This document shows positions 1-13,200 of a stretch of DNA of 64,000 nucleotides, in pieces. Positions within the stretch are counted from its first letter, which is position 1; the number at the start of each line of letters is the position of its first letter. The notes beneath the pieces were generated by a model, which was not told where the DNA came from, did no database searches, and saw only the letters and a list, made by a program, of their open reading frames with translations. Made by a program: the position numbers and the translations under genes. Source of the stretch: Felis catus (lineage: Eukaryota). The stretch covers positions 68,076,001-68,140,000 of the forward strand of contig NC_058384.1 in NCBI RefSeq assembly GCF_018350175.1, written 5' to 3'.

Positions 1-971
1 GGCGCCCGCCCGCGCGCTCCGCAGGCCCGCAGCCCCTCACCCCGTCCCCGAGCCCGCGCCGCGCCAGCCCGGGGGCGGCGTGAGTCAGGGGCGGCCCGGC
101 GGCGGCTCCGGCTCGCACCTGGGCGGGAGGAGGAGAGGAGGGCAGGAGCCACCCGGCCCGCCCTGCCCTCTGGCCCCGGGGAGGGAGCGGCGGGAACAAG
201 ACATTCCCTGCCCGGGGACGCGGGAGGGGAGGGCAGGGCCGGGGCGGAGAGCCGAGCGGAGCGGGCCCCTCCCGCTGCCCCCAGGGGCGGGCGAGCCACT
301 CAGGCCACCCCGCCCCCTTCTCCTCCAGGACCCCGTGACTCAGCGCTCGGAGCCTGGCGGGGGGCGAGGGGGGGTGGGGCGCGAGGATGGCTCCTTCCTG
401 CGGGGCCCAGTCCCCCAGGCTTTCCAGCTTCTACCTCGCTTTCCCCCACCTACCCTTCCTTCGCCGCCCCCCTTTGCATAATTCACTGCCAGGAAAAGGG
501 AACAGAAACCAGGAAGGAGGGGTCTCGGAAGGGAAGGGAGGGGCGGTCCTTCACCCCCTGACGCAGCCAAAACCCCTAGGGGCATGGGGGCGGGGCAAGA
601 CTTTGGTCCCAAGCCCCCCAGCCCCTGGAAACCCGCATAGCCGAAGAGGGACCCCACAAATCAGAAATACATTATTGCTTCTACTCCCCAGGAGCAGCTG
701 GGGATAGGGACCCCACCTTTACAATAGAGCTGTAAATACACTATCCTGCGTCACTCCTTGGGAGATCACCCCAGTCTGGGGAGCCTCTACCCCAAAACCT
801 TCTCAGCTTGGAACTGGAATGAGGGTTCTGGGGGGCGCGGGGGAAGGGGCAGATCTCTGAAGCCGGGGAGGCCCAGAGCCCCGACCCCGGCTCTGTCCGT
901 CCCGCCCACTCCCACTGCTTGGCAGCGGCGGCCCGGCCTCGCGCGGCGCCAGCCCGGCCGCTCGGCCCTCT

Positions 972-2941
972 CTAAGAGGACTCCATGGCACCTTCGGCCT
1001 GCGGCGTACTGGGTGCCCCCTCCTCCTCCTCGTCATCAGGGGGCCCCAGGGCGGCGACCGGAGGGCCGGTAGGGGCTGACTGCTCCCAGAATCGGGCCAG
1101 AGAGAGGCGGAAGGTGTCCAAGTGGCCGTTGGAGAGGTCGAGGCCCGCGGGGGACGGGGCGGCGGCGGAGGGCGGTGGGTAGTGGGGTGGCGCGTCGTCC
1201 TTCCGGCGCCGCCGGGTGCGCACCTCCAGGCAGTTCTGGCCCTTGAGGTGGCGCTGCAGGTGGTCCTCCTTGGCGAAGGCCTTGTGGCACAGGTGGCACT
1301 CGTAGGGCCGGTCCCCCGTGTGCAGGTGCATGTGGTTCTTGAGGTCGTAGCTGTGCAGGAAGCGGGCTGGGCAGTGCGGGCACGAGTAGGGCCGCTCTCC
1401 GGTGTGCTTCCGCATGTGAATCTTCAGCTTGTCGTTCCTGGCCGGGGGGGCGCAAGGGAGCGGGTTCAGGACAGGACCCTGGCCGGCTCCTCCGGGCCAG
1501 GTCCCTGGGGTCTCGTCCCTCTGGTCCCTCTGCCGCGGGCTGCCTCTTACCGCCCGGGACGCCCTTGCTGACTGCTCCCAGCTTAGGCCGGCGCGGCCTC
1601 CCCGCCTCCCACACCGAACCTCTCCTGCCCCAGACGCACGTGCCTTGACCTTCCTTCTCCCGGCCTCCCGGTTTTGTGCGGGTCCCTCCGGTCACAGCCA
1701 CACCTCCAGCCCTTCCAGGACCACCTGCTCCCCACCCGGGGTCTCCTGACTCCCCTCTCCGCACCCCGCCCCACGGGTGCTCACCGGGTGAAGCGGACGC
1801 CGCAGACCTCGCAGGCGAAGGGCTTCTCGCCCGTGTGGGTCCTCATGTGGCGGGGCAGCTTGCCCGCCCCGTGGATGATCTTGTGACAGACGGGGCACTC
1901 CTGGGGCATCTGGGAGCGGCGTTTGCGCACCAGCTTGTCCTGGCCGTCCAGGCCCGGCGCGAGGGCGTCCTGGTGCAGCGAACTCAGGTAGGCCATCAGG
2001 TCAGGATCGATGGCGTCCTCGTCTGAGCCCAGCTCCTCTGGGGACAGCGGGGGCCCACCCCCCTGCGCCAGCCCGTAGGCGGTGGAGTACACGGGCTCCT
2101 CCTCTTCTTCCTCACCCTCATAGGCCTCGTAGGTCAGGGGCCCCTCGGGGGGTGAAGCAGTCCCGGCTGGAGGGCTGTAGCTGTCCCCCGGCCCGCTGCC
2201 CGCACTGCCACCCACCCTGGCCCCCTCCTCCTCCTCGTAGGTCACGGGTTGGCTGGGCACCGCGGGCACCTCGGGCACTAAGTGGTTCGCCCGGGCCCCC
2301 TTGGTCTGCAGGAACGCTTTCCGGGGCTTGCGGCTGCGGCGGGCCACGGGCCGAGGGGGCGGCGGGGGCGGGGGCGGGCGGGGCGCCTGCGGGGGGCTGT
2401 CTTCGCCGTCAGGAACTCCCGCGGCCGTGGCCGTGGCCGTGGCGAAGGCCTCCAGGTACTGGCGGGCCCGCTCACAGTCGTCCTCGTCGGGGCTGGGGGC
2501 TTCCAGGCCGCTGCCCTGCAGAATCTCCATGCAGGCAGCGATGACACACGGGATCTCCAGCAGCCGGGCGGCCTGGAGCACGGCGGGCATGTTGGCGCTG
2601 CTGGTCGTCAGCGTGGCCGTGTAGGCGAACTCGAGCAGGGCGCCCAGGGCCTCGGGCCCCACGAAGTCCAGCTCGCACACGCCGGCGCCCGCCCCCCCGG
2701 CGGCCGGCCCGCCGCCCCCGGCCCCCGAGACGGCGCCGCCACCGCCCTCGGTGAACAGCTTCTTGAAGTAGTGGCTGCAGGCGGCCAGCACGGCCCGGTG
2801 GGTGCGGTATTCGAGGCCCTGCGTCCGGATGGTGAGGTCGCAGAGGTGGCCCAGCTGGCGCTGTTCGTTGAGGCAGCTCAGGAGCTCGCTGCTGTGGTCT
2901 GGGAACGGGATCCCGATGAGGTCGTCCTCGGGGCTCCCCAT
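972..2941 (-). CDS. ZBTB7B: Zinc finger and BTB domain protein 7B (ThPOK/cKrox); coding exons 2941-1785 and 1437-972
   Basis: N-terminus [35 protein letters not shown] (BTB/POZ domain) and four C2H2 fingers with TGEKP/TGERP/TGDRP linkers. The intron CG|gtgag...cag|G joins FTR to [10 protein letters not shown] in frame. The exon 2 acceptor at 2947 is 6 nt before the ATG. Confidence 0.97.
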
Positions 2942-5900
2942 CTTTTTCTGTAGGGTTGAGGAGAGGGAGAGGGTGAGAGCACTCCGCCCTGCGAGGGGGT
3001 CCGAGGAGGGAGCCGCGGGGTCGGCCGGATACTCTAAGTGTTTCTACCCATTCGGTCTTGCGCGAGCCCCGAGTCCCGACTAGCACCTTGTCTCCTCACA
3101 GACAGGGAACCCGACGCGCAGGCAGGTGAAGCGACTTTCCAAGGTACGTGCCGAACGGCGTTCAAAGCCAGGCCGTGGGCCCAAGTCCTGTTCCCAACTG
3201 CTGTGCACAGTCCTGCCTGCCTCTGGGTGCGCAGGAGCCCGGACTTGCCCACGGAACCTTCTCTAGAGACCCGTCCGCTTCACCCGCCCCCCTCCCCATG
3301 CCTTTGGAGGAAGCGCTGGGCTGGGGGACAGGACACGTGGGGAGGCTCCATAAAGTGGCCAAAGGATTCGGGGCTCAATCATCTGGGGAGGGGGGTGACA
3401 GTCTGTGACGGAGCCTCCCCACGGCCAGAGAGGCCAAGAGCTGAGACTCACGCTGGACCCAGGCGCGCTCCCGCCCGGCCATGACGTTAAATCAAGTCGC
3501 CCCCACGAAGGGCCTGGCCCGCTCACCAGGAGGCCTCCTGCACCTTCACCTTCCTCCTCCCCTCCCCCACCCACTAAAAGTTCATCTCCCCTTTTAGATT
3601 CCACCCCCCACCCCAGGCCAAAAGGGAAATACAGCTCCCAGCACCCCCCCCCACATCCTCCCCTCCCCCAGGGGGCCAGGGAGCAGCCACCCTGTGCTGG
3701 GGTGTCGCGCTGGCTGGCTCGGGTGCTTCCTGCCCCGCACAGATAAGCATCGTCCCCGCCCCCTCCCCCACTGCCAATAGGCCAGGTTCCAGTCCCCACC
3801 CCTCCCCACCTCGCTCCCGCCAGGCCACCACCTCTCCCTCCCCACCGGGTGGTGGTGCCCCCGCTGGCTGGCCGGTCAGGAGAGCCCCCCTCTCCAGAGG
3901 GCCGTCCCCCCCCCACCCCCCCCCCGCCCCCGTGCTGCCCTCTCTGAGGCACAGAGACACGGCGGCCCCCCCAAGGGGGTGGAGGGCAGGGGGGTGGTAG
4001 AGTGGGTCTGGCCTGGAAGTGGGGTGTCTGCTGCCATCTTGCTCAGCGACTTTGGACAAGTCCCTTCTCTCTGTGCGTCAGTTTCCTCAGCTGTACAAGG
4101 AGCGGGTAGAAGGCCCAAGGACTCAGCCCTTTAGCCCTGACCTTTGGTGGGTCTGGAGCCACTGGAGACAGAGTCCGGGCCCGGAAAGAGCTGTGCTCCG
4201 GACGCAGCCAGGCTTGACTCTGTGGCTGACTAGCTCGGTGGCTTTCAACACAACATCTATAGTCTCTGGGCCTCCTTCCTGGTCGACAACACAGGATAAT
4301 TCCTCCGGATTCCTAGGGCTGTGGTGGCGGCTGAGTGAGACCGTGTGCTGGCCTAGGGGCTGACACACACATTCTGGCCTCGGGAGGGAGAAGCAAGGCC
4401 TCACCCAGGGGCAGATTCCACTCTACAGATGGCCTCTGCTGGGAAACAGCTTGGGGACAGCTGGGTCTCTCTCCCTCAAGTCACCCCAAGGAGTCAGGTT
4501 ACTACTAGCTACGTGACCTTGGGTAAGTCACTTCCTTCCCCCACCCCAGGAGGCCCGTTTCCCCGTCCATAATATTAAAGTCCCCAGGGTGGGTCCCACC
4601 GACACTGGTCAGTGTCGTCTTCGCCACTGCCAACGGCCGCTCAGCCCTGGCCACTGGGGCGAAAAGTTTTTTTCAGGGAGTTGGGGGAGTCAGGGGCCAC
4701 AGATTTCCTCTTTAGAGCACAAGACCCGCATTGTCTCCGCCCGCCTCCGGGCCGGTCACCTGCATAGAAGCCTTAAGTGAGCCTCACCCACGTGTGTCTC
4801 TCTCTCGTAAGTTGCAAGTTGTGCCCAGATGCCCTCAGCGAGGCCCTTGCTCCCACCCTGGGTCCCCACATCCCTTCTCTCCCTGGGGGCAGCCCCAGGC
4901 CCCTTTGGTCCTCCTGTCTGCACTTTACAAACTGAACGAGGGGCAAACAGCCCCAGAACTTAGGAACAGACAAAAACCGGGTGGGCGCCCTCCTGAGCCC
5001 AAGCGGATCCTGTCCCTCCTGAGGGGGACGGGTGGGGCTATCCTCGCTGTCCATTGGCCTGGAGCTGGGCACCCGCAGGCACGTGGCTCACCCCATCCCT
5101 CTCCCTCCTTCCCTCCCCACCCCACCCATTCCTGCCGCTTGCTAAGCCCGCCTCCTTTCTCCCACCCCAGGGCCGGTCTCCGAGGCAACCTGGTGTGGCA
5201 GGGCACTGATTGGCCGACCCTGCTGTCAGGTCACAGGCTCAGGCTGGTTCACCACGCAACTCACACAGGACTTGGGCAAGGGTGGGTGTTTAACCCCTTA
5301 GGCCCAACTCCAATGCCCTTGGCCACGCGGTGGCAACGCGGGAGGGGAGAGGCAGAGGACACACGTGGGAAGGGGAGGTGTCGGTAAGGTTCTCCAGCTC
5401 TGGGAGACTCCCCCTGCCCTCACCCAGGGCTCTGGCACCAATGCCAACTTAGGTGTCGCCTGGAGCTACCCTGGTGCCAACCAGGCCACGGGGGCACTCC
5501 TAGCCCCGTCATCGGGGGGCGGGGGTGGGGCACCGGTGCCAGGATGCCCACCCCACCTCGGGCACCCTTCCCACATCTGCATCCCAAAGGGCCCAGCCCC
5601 CTGACGCCCCGGGAGGGCGGCCCATCCCCACCCAGCCCGGCATGCCCCCTCTTGCTGAGGCCTTGTGGGCATGGGTGTGTGTGGAGGCTGGGGGGGGCGG
5701 CTGTGCCAGGGAACCAGGCGAGGTCTGTTTGGTCTGTTTGCCTGGTAGGGGGAAGAACCGGGGGCCCCGCCCCATCACTCCCCCTTTCCCGCCACCCCCC
5801 CAGGCTCCCCTCACTGTCAGGCCTGCTAGACCGGCCAAGCAGGTGGGCAGCTCTCTTGAAACCGGGCCCTGAGTCAAGCCTGCCCCATCTTGGGTGGGGG

Positions 5901-8283
5901 GGAAGACTTCGGGGTGAGAAAGGTAGAAGGGGGCAAAGGTAGGAGCCCCATCAGGTACCTCTCCGCACCCAGGGGCACCCGCCAGCGTGTGTCCGCCACC
6001 AAGAATCAAAAGATAGAGAGCAGTGGCCCTGCTAGGAAGGGAGGAGGCTGTAACTCCTTCCGGGTGCTGACCTCAGACGGTGTCCAGTGCGGTGCTGGGG
6101 GCGCCAGGGCCACCCCTGCCGGCTGGGGCCAGGCGAGGAGAGGGGATACGGCCCCATCGGCCGGCCGATGAGTAAAGCTGGCCCCCCTTCCCCACAGCCT
6201 GCGGATTAGGGGAGTGAGGCTTAGTGTGGGGGGCAGCAGGCGGAACCGGGATTAGCGGCAGAGAAAATAGATATGGGGCCGAGACGCGGGCGCACAGAAC
6301 CCCCCCCCCCCCACCACCACCAAAGGCTTCTCCAGGTGCAGCAGCTTGGGGTGAGGGAGGCTGAGACCTGGCCGGGACATCTTCCGGCCAGAGTGATGGA
6401 GGCCTGAGGCGCTTCTCAGTGCCCCCCTCCTGTCTTGGCTGGCCGCCCCTCCCCCTTACTTCTCTCTCTTTTCTGCCCCCCCCCCGCCCCCACCCCAACT
6501 CCAGCCTCAGGTTCTCTTCCTGTTTTTTTGGAGCTGAGTTTTGCACGCAGACAGGGCTTTGGCCTGTGGCTGGACCAGGGGGGTGGGGAAGTAGGACAAC
6601 GGGGCCAAAGTCCTCAGGGACCCAGGAGTCCCGGCTCCCCAGCCTCTCCCGCACTTCCTGGGGCTGCTGGAACCCAGGGGCTGTGGCCATCTGGACCGCC
6701 CAGCTGGGAAGGCAGGGTAAGGGGCCGGGGAGTCCCCTGAGGGGCCGGTAAGGGCTCAGAAGGAAGGCCAGGCCCCCTGCCCCCGGGGGTGCCCTGGGCG
6801 TGTACGGAGTCCCACCCCAGCCCCTCCAAGCGAGTGCGTGCCCTGCCCATCCCCCACACGCCGCTTCCCCCCTCCTAACCTCACCACCCCCAGCACTCAC
6901 ACTTCCTGGGGGCCAGGCGGGGAAGGGAGACCGCAAGCCACGAAGGGGGAAGGAGGCCAGGGGAGCTGGCTGCTTCCCGGTGCCGTGGGGGTTAAGCCTC
7001 TCCTCCCTCAAAATGCCCAATTCCCGGTGCTGTGACTCCTGGAAGGAAGGAGGCCTCCGTGCTCCCCTCCACCTTCCCTTCCCTGACATCAGGACACAGC
7101 CCTCGCCTGCCCTGCAGGGCACAGGCCAACCTGGCGGGTGTGAGGGGCGCAAGATGGCAGAGATGTGGCCTTCCTCCTTTACCTCTGGGGACCCCTGCTC
7201 ATCAGCCACCCTGCGCTCCTGGACCCCCTCCTTGGCCTCTTCTTCCCGTCCCCTTGCTCACTGGCCTGCCTGTCCCCTGACCAAGACGACACGCATCCTT
7301 GCCGGCCCCCTGCCTCCACTCTAGGCATCCGTGTCGTGTCCCTCAGGCCCCAGGAGCCACCCCAGCCTCTCCTGTCTCTGCTGCTTTGTCCCTCAGGTGT
7401 GGGCCCAGCCTGTCCCGCTGCCTCCGCTCCCCTCTGCTCCGGGCAGCACCCCTTCCCCTCTCCCCAGGCTGGTGGGCAGAGAGGGGCGGCAGCATTCCAT
7501 CAAGCAGCCAGGCCTGCCTTCCGAGGCCTGGTCTTGCCACGGGATGGCCACATCCAGGGCACCCGGGCCCCGCTTCTGGAAGAAGCACGGGATCGAAATT
7601 TGGGGGCCAGCTGGAGAGGATGGGTGGCGGGGTGGGGGTGCGGAGAGAGCGGATGTGGGGTGGGGTGGAGGGGGGGACAACCCAGGCCTCTCTGCCCGTC
7701 AGAGTTTCCAGCCCTGGAGCTGCTGGGCTTTCCCCGGAGTGCCCACCCTGGGCCAGGCAACCTCGTACCTGGACAGACCCTGGCCATCAGGGTTCCCAGC
7801 AGGAGCTGCCCGGGCAGCACCGGCTCCCCTTAGGGCCCGAGGAGACGGCACAAGGTGCCAGGGTCTGCCCTGTGCCCACCCCCTCCCCCCAGCCTAGCGT
7901 CTCAGGCTGGGNNNNNNNNNNNNNNNNNNNNNNNNNNNNNNNNNNNNNNNNNNNNNNNNNNNNNNNNNNNNNNNNNNNNNNNNNNNNNNNNNNNNNNNNN
8001 NNNNNNNNNNNNNNNNNNNNNNNNNNNNNNNNNNNNNNNNNNNCCCAGCGATCCCTCGGCTCCCGTAGGCCCCTGCTGCTCCCCTGTCCTCTTGGGTCCC
8101 CTGAGTGCTGGAGCTTTCCCACACACCAGCTCTTCGGACCCTCAGCTCCCCACACCTCCCCAGGGAAGTTTGGACACCCTCTTCCTAGCCTGTTTTTCAG
8201 TCCCTCTCTGACCCTTGGCCAATTCTAGGCCTCCAAGCCTCCCCTGGGGCCTGATCTCCCAAGCCAGAGAAGGGCCTACTCAC

Positions 8284-8470
8284 CTGAACGCTGAGGGGCC
8301 TCTCCGGCAACTCCTCTTGGCCCCTGGGGGGAGCAGGTTGGGAGGGGTGGGGGAGGGCCGGGCTGGGGGGGGGGGAGGTGGGGTGGCTGTTCCCCGCTCC
8401 AGCTCCCTCCTTCAAAGGGGCCGCCCACGACCTGGCCCAGCCCCTCCCCCCTACAGCCTTAACCCTCTGG
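8284..8470 (-). promoter_or_regulatory. Probable ZBTB7B proximal promoter (P2) and non-coding exon Ib
   Basis: Canonical donor CAG|GTGAGT ending at 8284 on the minus strand, preceded by GC boxes. Position fits the known two-promoter structure of Thpok. The 5' limit is approximate. Confidence 0.5.
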
Positions 8471-10224
8471 GTGCTGCCCCCCCTCCCCCCCAGCTTGGAG
8501 GGAGGGGTTACCGGAGGGCTGGCAGCGTGGGAGAGGGCCTAAAGTCTCTGCCTGTGGTGCCCGAAGCCCCAGCTGTACCCACCCCCGCTCGTCCTCGCTC
8601 AGTCCCGAAAGGGGAAAAAGGTGAGCGTAGGCAAGGTAGGAGCCGGGACAGTCCAGGAGGACAGAGGTGAGGAGGAGCCACGGGAGAGGCTGCTGGAGGT
8701 GGGACCAGGAGAAGGAAGAAGGGAGGGGAGGGGACAGGAGGCGGCAGTGGCCGGGAGAGGGAGGAGGGGAACCCTGGACAGTCAGTGCCAGGGCTGACAG
8801 GTGCCCAGGTCCCAGCCCCTCAGGGCACGCGGTCCCAGAGGGGACCACGGGGAGGCCCTCCGGACTCCAGTGGTCCCCTCGGACCCCTGGGAGCTGGCCG
8901 AATTCTCCCCCCCCACCCCCACCCCTCCGCCTGCATGGGCCGGGGCCCTCAGGGGCTGGGCAAGGCGGCACCCCGCCCTCCCTGCGCCTCACCCCAAACC
9001 CACTCACATACCACAGCTCCTTGCCCGGGCGCCAGCCCCTGCCAACCAGGCCAGGGGGCAGCACTCGTGCCAGCCCCCAATGGCCAGGGGGACCAGGGGG
9101 ACGGGGCTGGCCTGAGGGGGGCGGACAGATGGGGGGAGCTGAGGGCACCGAAAGAGGAAGGAGCCAGGAGGGGGCATCTGCTGGGAAGCGCCTAGCCCCA
9201 CCCCTTGCGCAAGCTGCCACCCTGGCCGGTTGGGTGGGACCCGCCTGGGCCTGAGGGGCAACTCAGGAGGGCTGTGAGCCCAGAGATGGGTGGGCCACAA
9301 AGTTCCCCTCCAACTCCTAGGGTCTCTTATTCCTGGAACAAGGGGTACCCTAACGTTCCCTAGATGCGAGGCGATCCAGGCCCTCCCGGGGCGGGGAGGA
9401 CCACAGAAATGCCCCCTAAAACACCCCTCCCCTTTCCCCCCAACAGCTGCTGGCTCAGTGCCGCTGGCCTGCTGCCCCTCACCAGCTCCCGGCCCGGCTG
9501 GCACCTACCCACCAGGATGCTGGCAGTCCTGCCCTCCTCTCCCTCCTACCCCCCTGCTCCCGGTGCCCCGTGCCAACTGTGGGCCTGGGGTGGGGGAGGG
9601 TCACCCCTGTGCCCTGGTGCCAGCCAGGCGGGTCCGGGCCCCTAGGTGCTACAGATAAGGCCCGAGACCCTGCTCTCGAGCCATCTCCTCAAGAGGCAGT
9701 GCACAAGTCAGGGCCTACACGAGAGCCCAGGAGCCTGTGGACAGCCTAGTGAACACTCACTGAAAGCTCCATTCCCCAAAGTGGGTGCCAGCCTCCCAGC
9801 ATTCCCTCTGCTTGGACATTTGCTTGGGCACCAAAGTCCCCACAATTCCTGAGAGCCTTGGTGCCCGCAGCCTGCAAGAGAGTGGGGTGGGGCTGCTCTC
9901 TGCCCTTTGATCCCCATAAAGGCAGGGAACCAGCCTAGAGGGCAGGGGGCAGGGAAGGGGCCCCTCCATTTTACCCCTGCCAGGGGCAGCAGGGCAGGGT
10001 GGGGGCACCTCTTGGGTGGGGCCCTATGGTAAGAACGGTAGCCTGTCCCAGCAGAGGAGAGGGATGTTAATCATGGGTACGCGGTGTCACGTGGGCACAG
10101 GACGGTGAGAACGGGGCGGGGTGGGAGATGCAGAGGGTACCCACCTTCCAATTCATGCCTGTCCTGGCTTTTGCTCTCATCTTGCAACGTTTCCAGACTT
10201 AACCAAAGTGAGAGAGCAAAGAGG

Positions 10225-10280
10225 ACTACAACTCCCAGTATGCACCACAATTGCTCTGCATGTACCTTGGGAGTTGTAGT
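10225..10280. promoter_or_regulatory. Inverted pair of ZNF143/SBS-type motifs flanking a RUNX site in ZBTB7B intron 1
   Basis: ACTACAACTCCCA at 10225-10237 and its perfect reverse complement at 10268-10280, with ACCACA at 10244-10249. Confidence 0.6.
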
Positions 10281-13200
10281 TCCCAAGAGAAGTCCTGCGT
10301 GCTCTTCCCCAGAGCCTTGCTGATGGGGACAGGAGGGCAGAGCAGAGGACTTGGTCAGAAGTCTCTAAGGGGACTGTGTTTGGAAGAGGTAAAAGGCCAG
10401 GAGGTCCACGGTGGGGCGAGAGGACCCCTTCNNNNNNNNNNNNNNNNNNNNNNNNNNNNNNNNNNNNNNNNNNNNNNNNNNNNNNNNNNNNNNNNNNNNN
10501 NNNNNNNNNNNNNNNNNNNNNNNNNNNNNNNNNNNNNNNNNNNNNNNNNNNNNNNNNNNNNNNNNNNNNNNNNNNCTGGTGGAGCCTGACTCCGAAGCCT
10601 GGCAGGGACTGGGAAAGCGTTTCCCCTGCCATTCTGGTGGCCTGGGGGCTCTAAGAGGAATTAGTGATGTCAACTGATAGCTGGCTGGTGTGCTTGTTGG
10701 GGTCACTGGCTCCATTTGCCTGCCACAGGCCCTCTTTTGCCTGGGGCGCTTTTCAACCTCTGGATCTGGCGCAGGTATTTGCTGGCTGGAGAAATCTGAA
10801 GGCTGACTTGGTTCTGGGACGATAGGAGGCGGAGGAAGAGGATGGGGGAGGTCAGGGCCAGGCCTGATGGGGAGTGTGCTGGGGGGAGGTCCATGTGGGG
10901 TTAGGTCCAGGTGTGAGGTCAAGGAATCACGCTGGCAAATGAGGACGCTACCTTCCAGGACCAAGGCCATGGCAGCTGGGAGGCCTGGGCGAAGAGAGGG
11001 CTAAGTTGCCAAGGCTACCAGCCTCCGCCCACCCCGACCGAGGGATGCAATGGAGAGGGCAGCCCTCTTCGCTTTCCCTGTGGAATTTGCTAAAGGTAGC
11101 TTTCCCTCTGGGCCAGGCAGCCTTGAACGTTAAAGGTGGCAACTCAGGGGTCAGATGTCAGCTGGGTGTCTTTCCTTAGTAGGGGGTGGAGGTCAGAAGT
11201 GGGCAGAGGCTCTGTTTCGAGGCCGCTTTCTCTGGGCTCCCCAAGGCTCTCAGACAGATGCTTACAGGCCCCAGCTAAGACTCTTGCCAAGACCTGAGTG
11301 TGGCTGGGGCGGGGGTGGGGGGGGAGGTCTTCCTTGCCCCTCCAAAGCCCTTGATAGTGGACGACAGTCGCTCTAACCCCTTCCCCCCAGTCCCCCAGGC
11401 CCGCCTTGGCGCTTGGCCGCCTGTGTGTTGGCAGGACTAGGGGTGGGGGGGGCAGCGAGGCAACTTCAAACTGTCCGGGCAAAACGTCAAGTTTACTCAC
11501 GAGTTTACTCAGCAGAAGGAGGGGGAAGAGGCTAGAGCGACACACCCCATGCCAGGGTCCTAGCCATCTCCTCTCCCCACCTTCCTCCCCCCCTCCACTC
11601 TTCTCTTCAGCCCGAGGCAGTAGGCATAGGCCCCAAGGCCTGGTGGCCAGAGAGCCTTAACTTTCAGAAGGTCAAGGAACCAAGCAGGCCGGAGGCAGGA
11701 AGCCCCGAAGCAGGTCCAGAGGCTTCGTCAGAGGGCAGTGCCCTGCCTGGAGCCCATTTACTACCTGGTCTTAGGGCCTTGGCCTTGACCAGAAGTGGGT
11801 CTCTCAGCCACCAAGAAGGGGGCAGTACCAGGCCAGGCTTCCTCCATCCGGGCAGTCCCCCGGGCAGTGACTTCTGACCCCAAATGGCCAGTCCTAGGCT
11901 GCGCCTCAGGCAGCATGGTGCCATCTGGGCGGCCGTAAGATCAGGGGCTGGTCTGCTCCGTCTTGGCTTGGAATGGGGGGCCAGCACCCTATCTGACCTA
12001 CTTCCCTTTCCTCCCCACCTGCTTTCATTCTCTGCTTCTCTCCCCCAGCCTTCACCGTCCCCACCCCAGAGGCGCTCCGCCCCCCCCATGCCCGCTGGGC
12101 CCCCTCCCCCACCCTTCCCCAGGGTGCCAAGTGCAGGCACACAAAGGGCCTGATGGTGCATTGTTAGCCCAGCCCCCGCTGCCCGCCGCGCCCTCCCGGG
12201 GCGGGCACTAGGCCAAGGAGGAGCTGGGGGCCCTGGGTGCCAGGGGGCACCACGGGGAAGGAGGAAGAGGTCAACACCTGTCTCCCAGACACTGGGGTCC
12301 ACGGTAGCCAGAGCTTCGTGCTGATGAGAGTGCCCTATCAGAGCGGGCCTCGCTCCCTGACACCTGAACCTAGTGGGCACTGCTCTCCTCCTTCCCCAGA
12401 GCCCCCTTCGGGTGGCAGTGACCGCTTTCTGACCCCTGTGTCAAGGCTGGGGGGCGGGTGTGGGACTCAAGGGAGGGGACAGCGTCTGGGGGTGCCGGCG
12501 GGCTGCACCATGCCTGCGGCAACCGTGTAACAGAGGCGCGCTGGGGGAGCTGGGGTCCCGGGGGCCGGGGACAGGAGGCACCGGCGGAGATTTCTTCTGG
12601 TTTCATCAGCTGCTCCAGGGGGAGCCCCCTGCTCTCCTCCCCAGCCACCAGTGACAGGGAGCACTCCCTGCCACCCAAACTCAGTCACAGCCACGTCCCT
12701 GTCCAGCCCTGCACCACACTCCTCACACCCGCTCTCCCCTCCCAGCCTGGTGCCCACTCCATGCCGGGTCTGCCAGGCAGGTACAGGGGTGACCAAACCA
12801 GTCGGTGTGTGCCGGGGAGCGGGAGGCAACCCCATAATCCTCCAGGCCTCACCCCCCTACACACTGCACCCTCAGGGAGCAGAGAGTTCCCATCCTGGTT
12901 TAACCCCTCACAGCTCAGTCTGGCTCCCCCTGGCCCTGACCAACTGCCTCCCTCCGCCAGGAATAAGTTGGGGGCAGGGGGACTCTCTGCGCTGACTCAC
13001 TCCCATTCCCGGGGCCGCAGCTAGGGGTCTGCGAGGCGGGCGGGCGGGGGTCAATTCAAGAACGCCCTCCACCTGGCCCGGAAGCCAGGACAGCCTGCTG
13101 GTCTCCCCCTCTCCTCAGCACCCACTTCCGGTGTCCCAAACTAGGTCAGCGGCGCTCGTTTCCTGTGGGTCAGCTAGCACCCGCGCCTCTGCCCCTCCCC

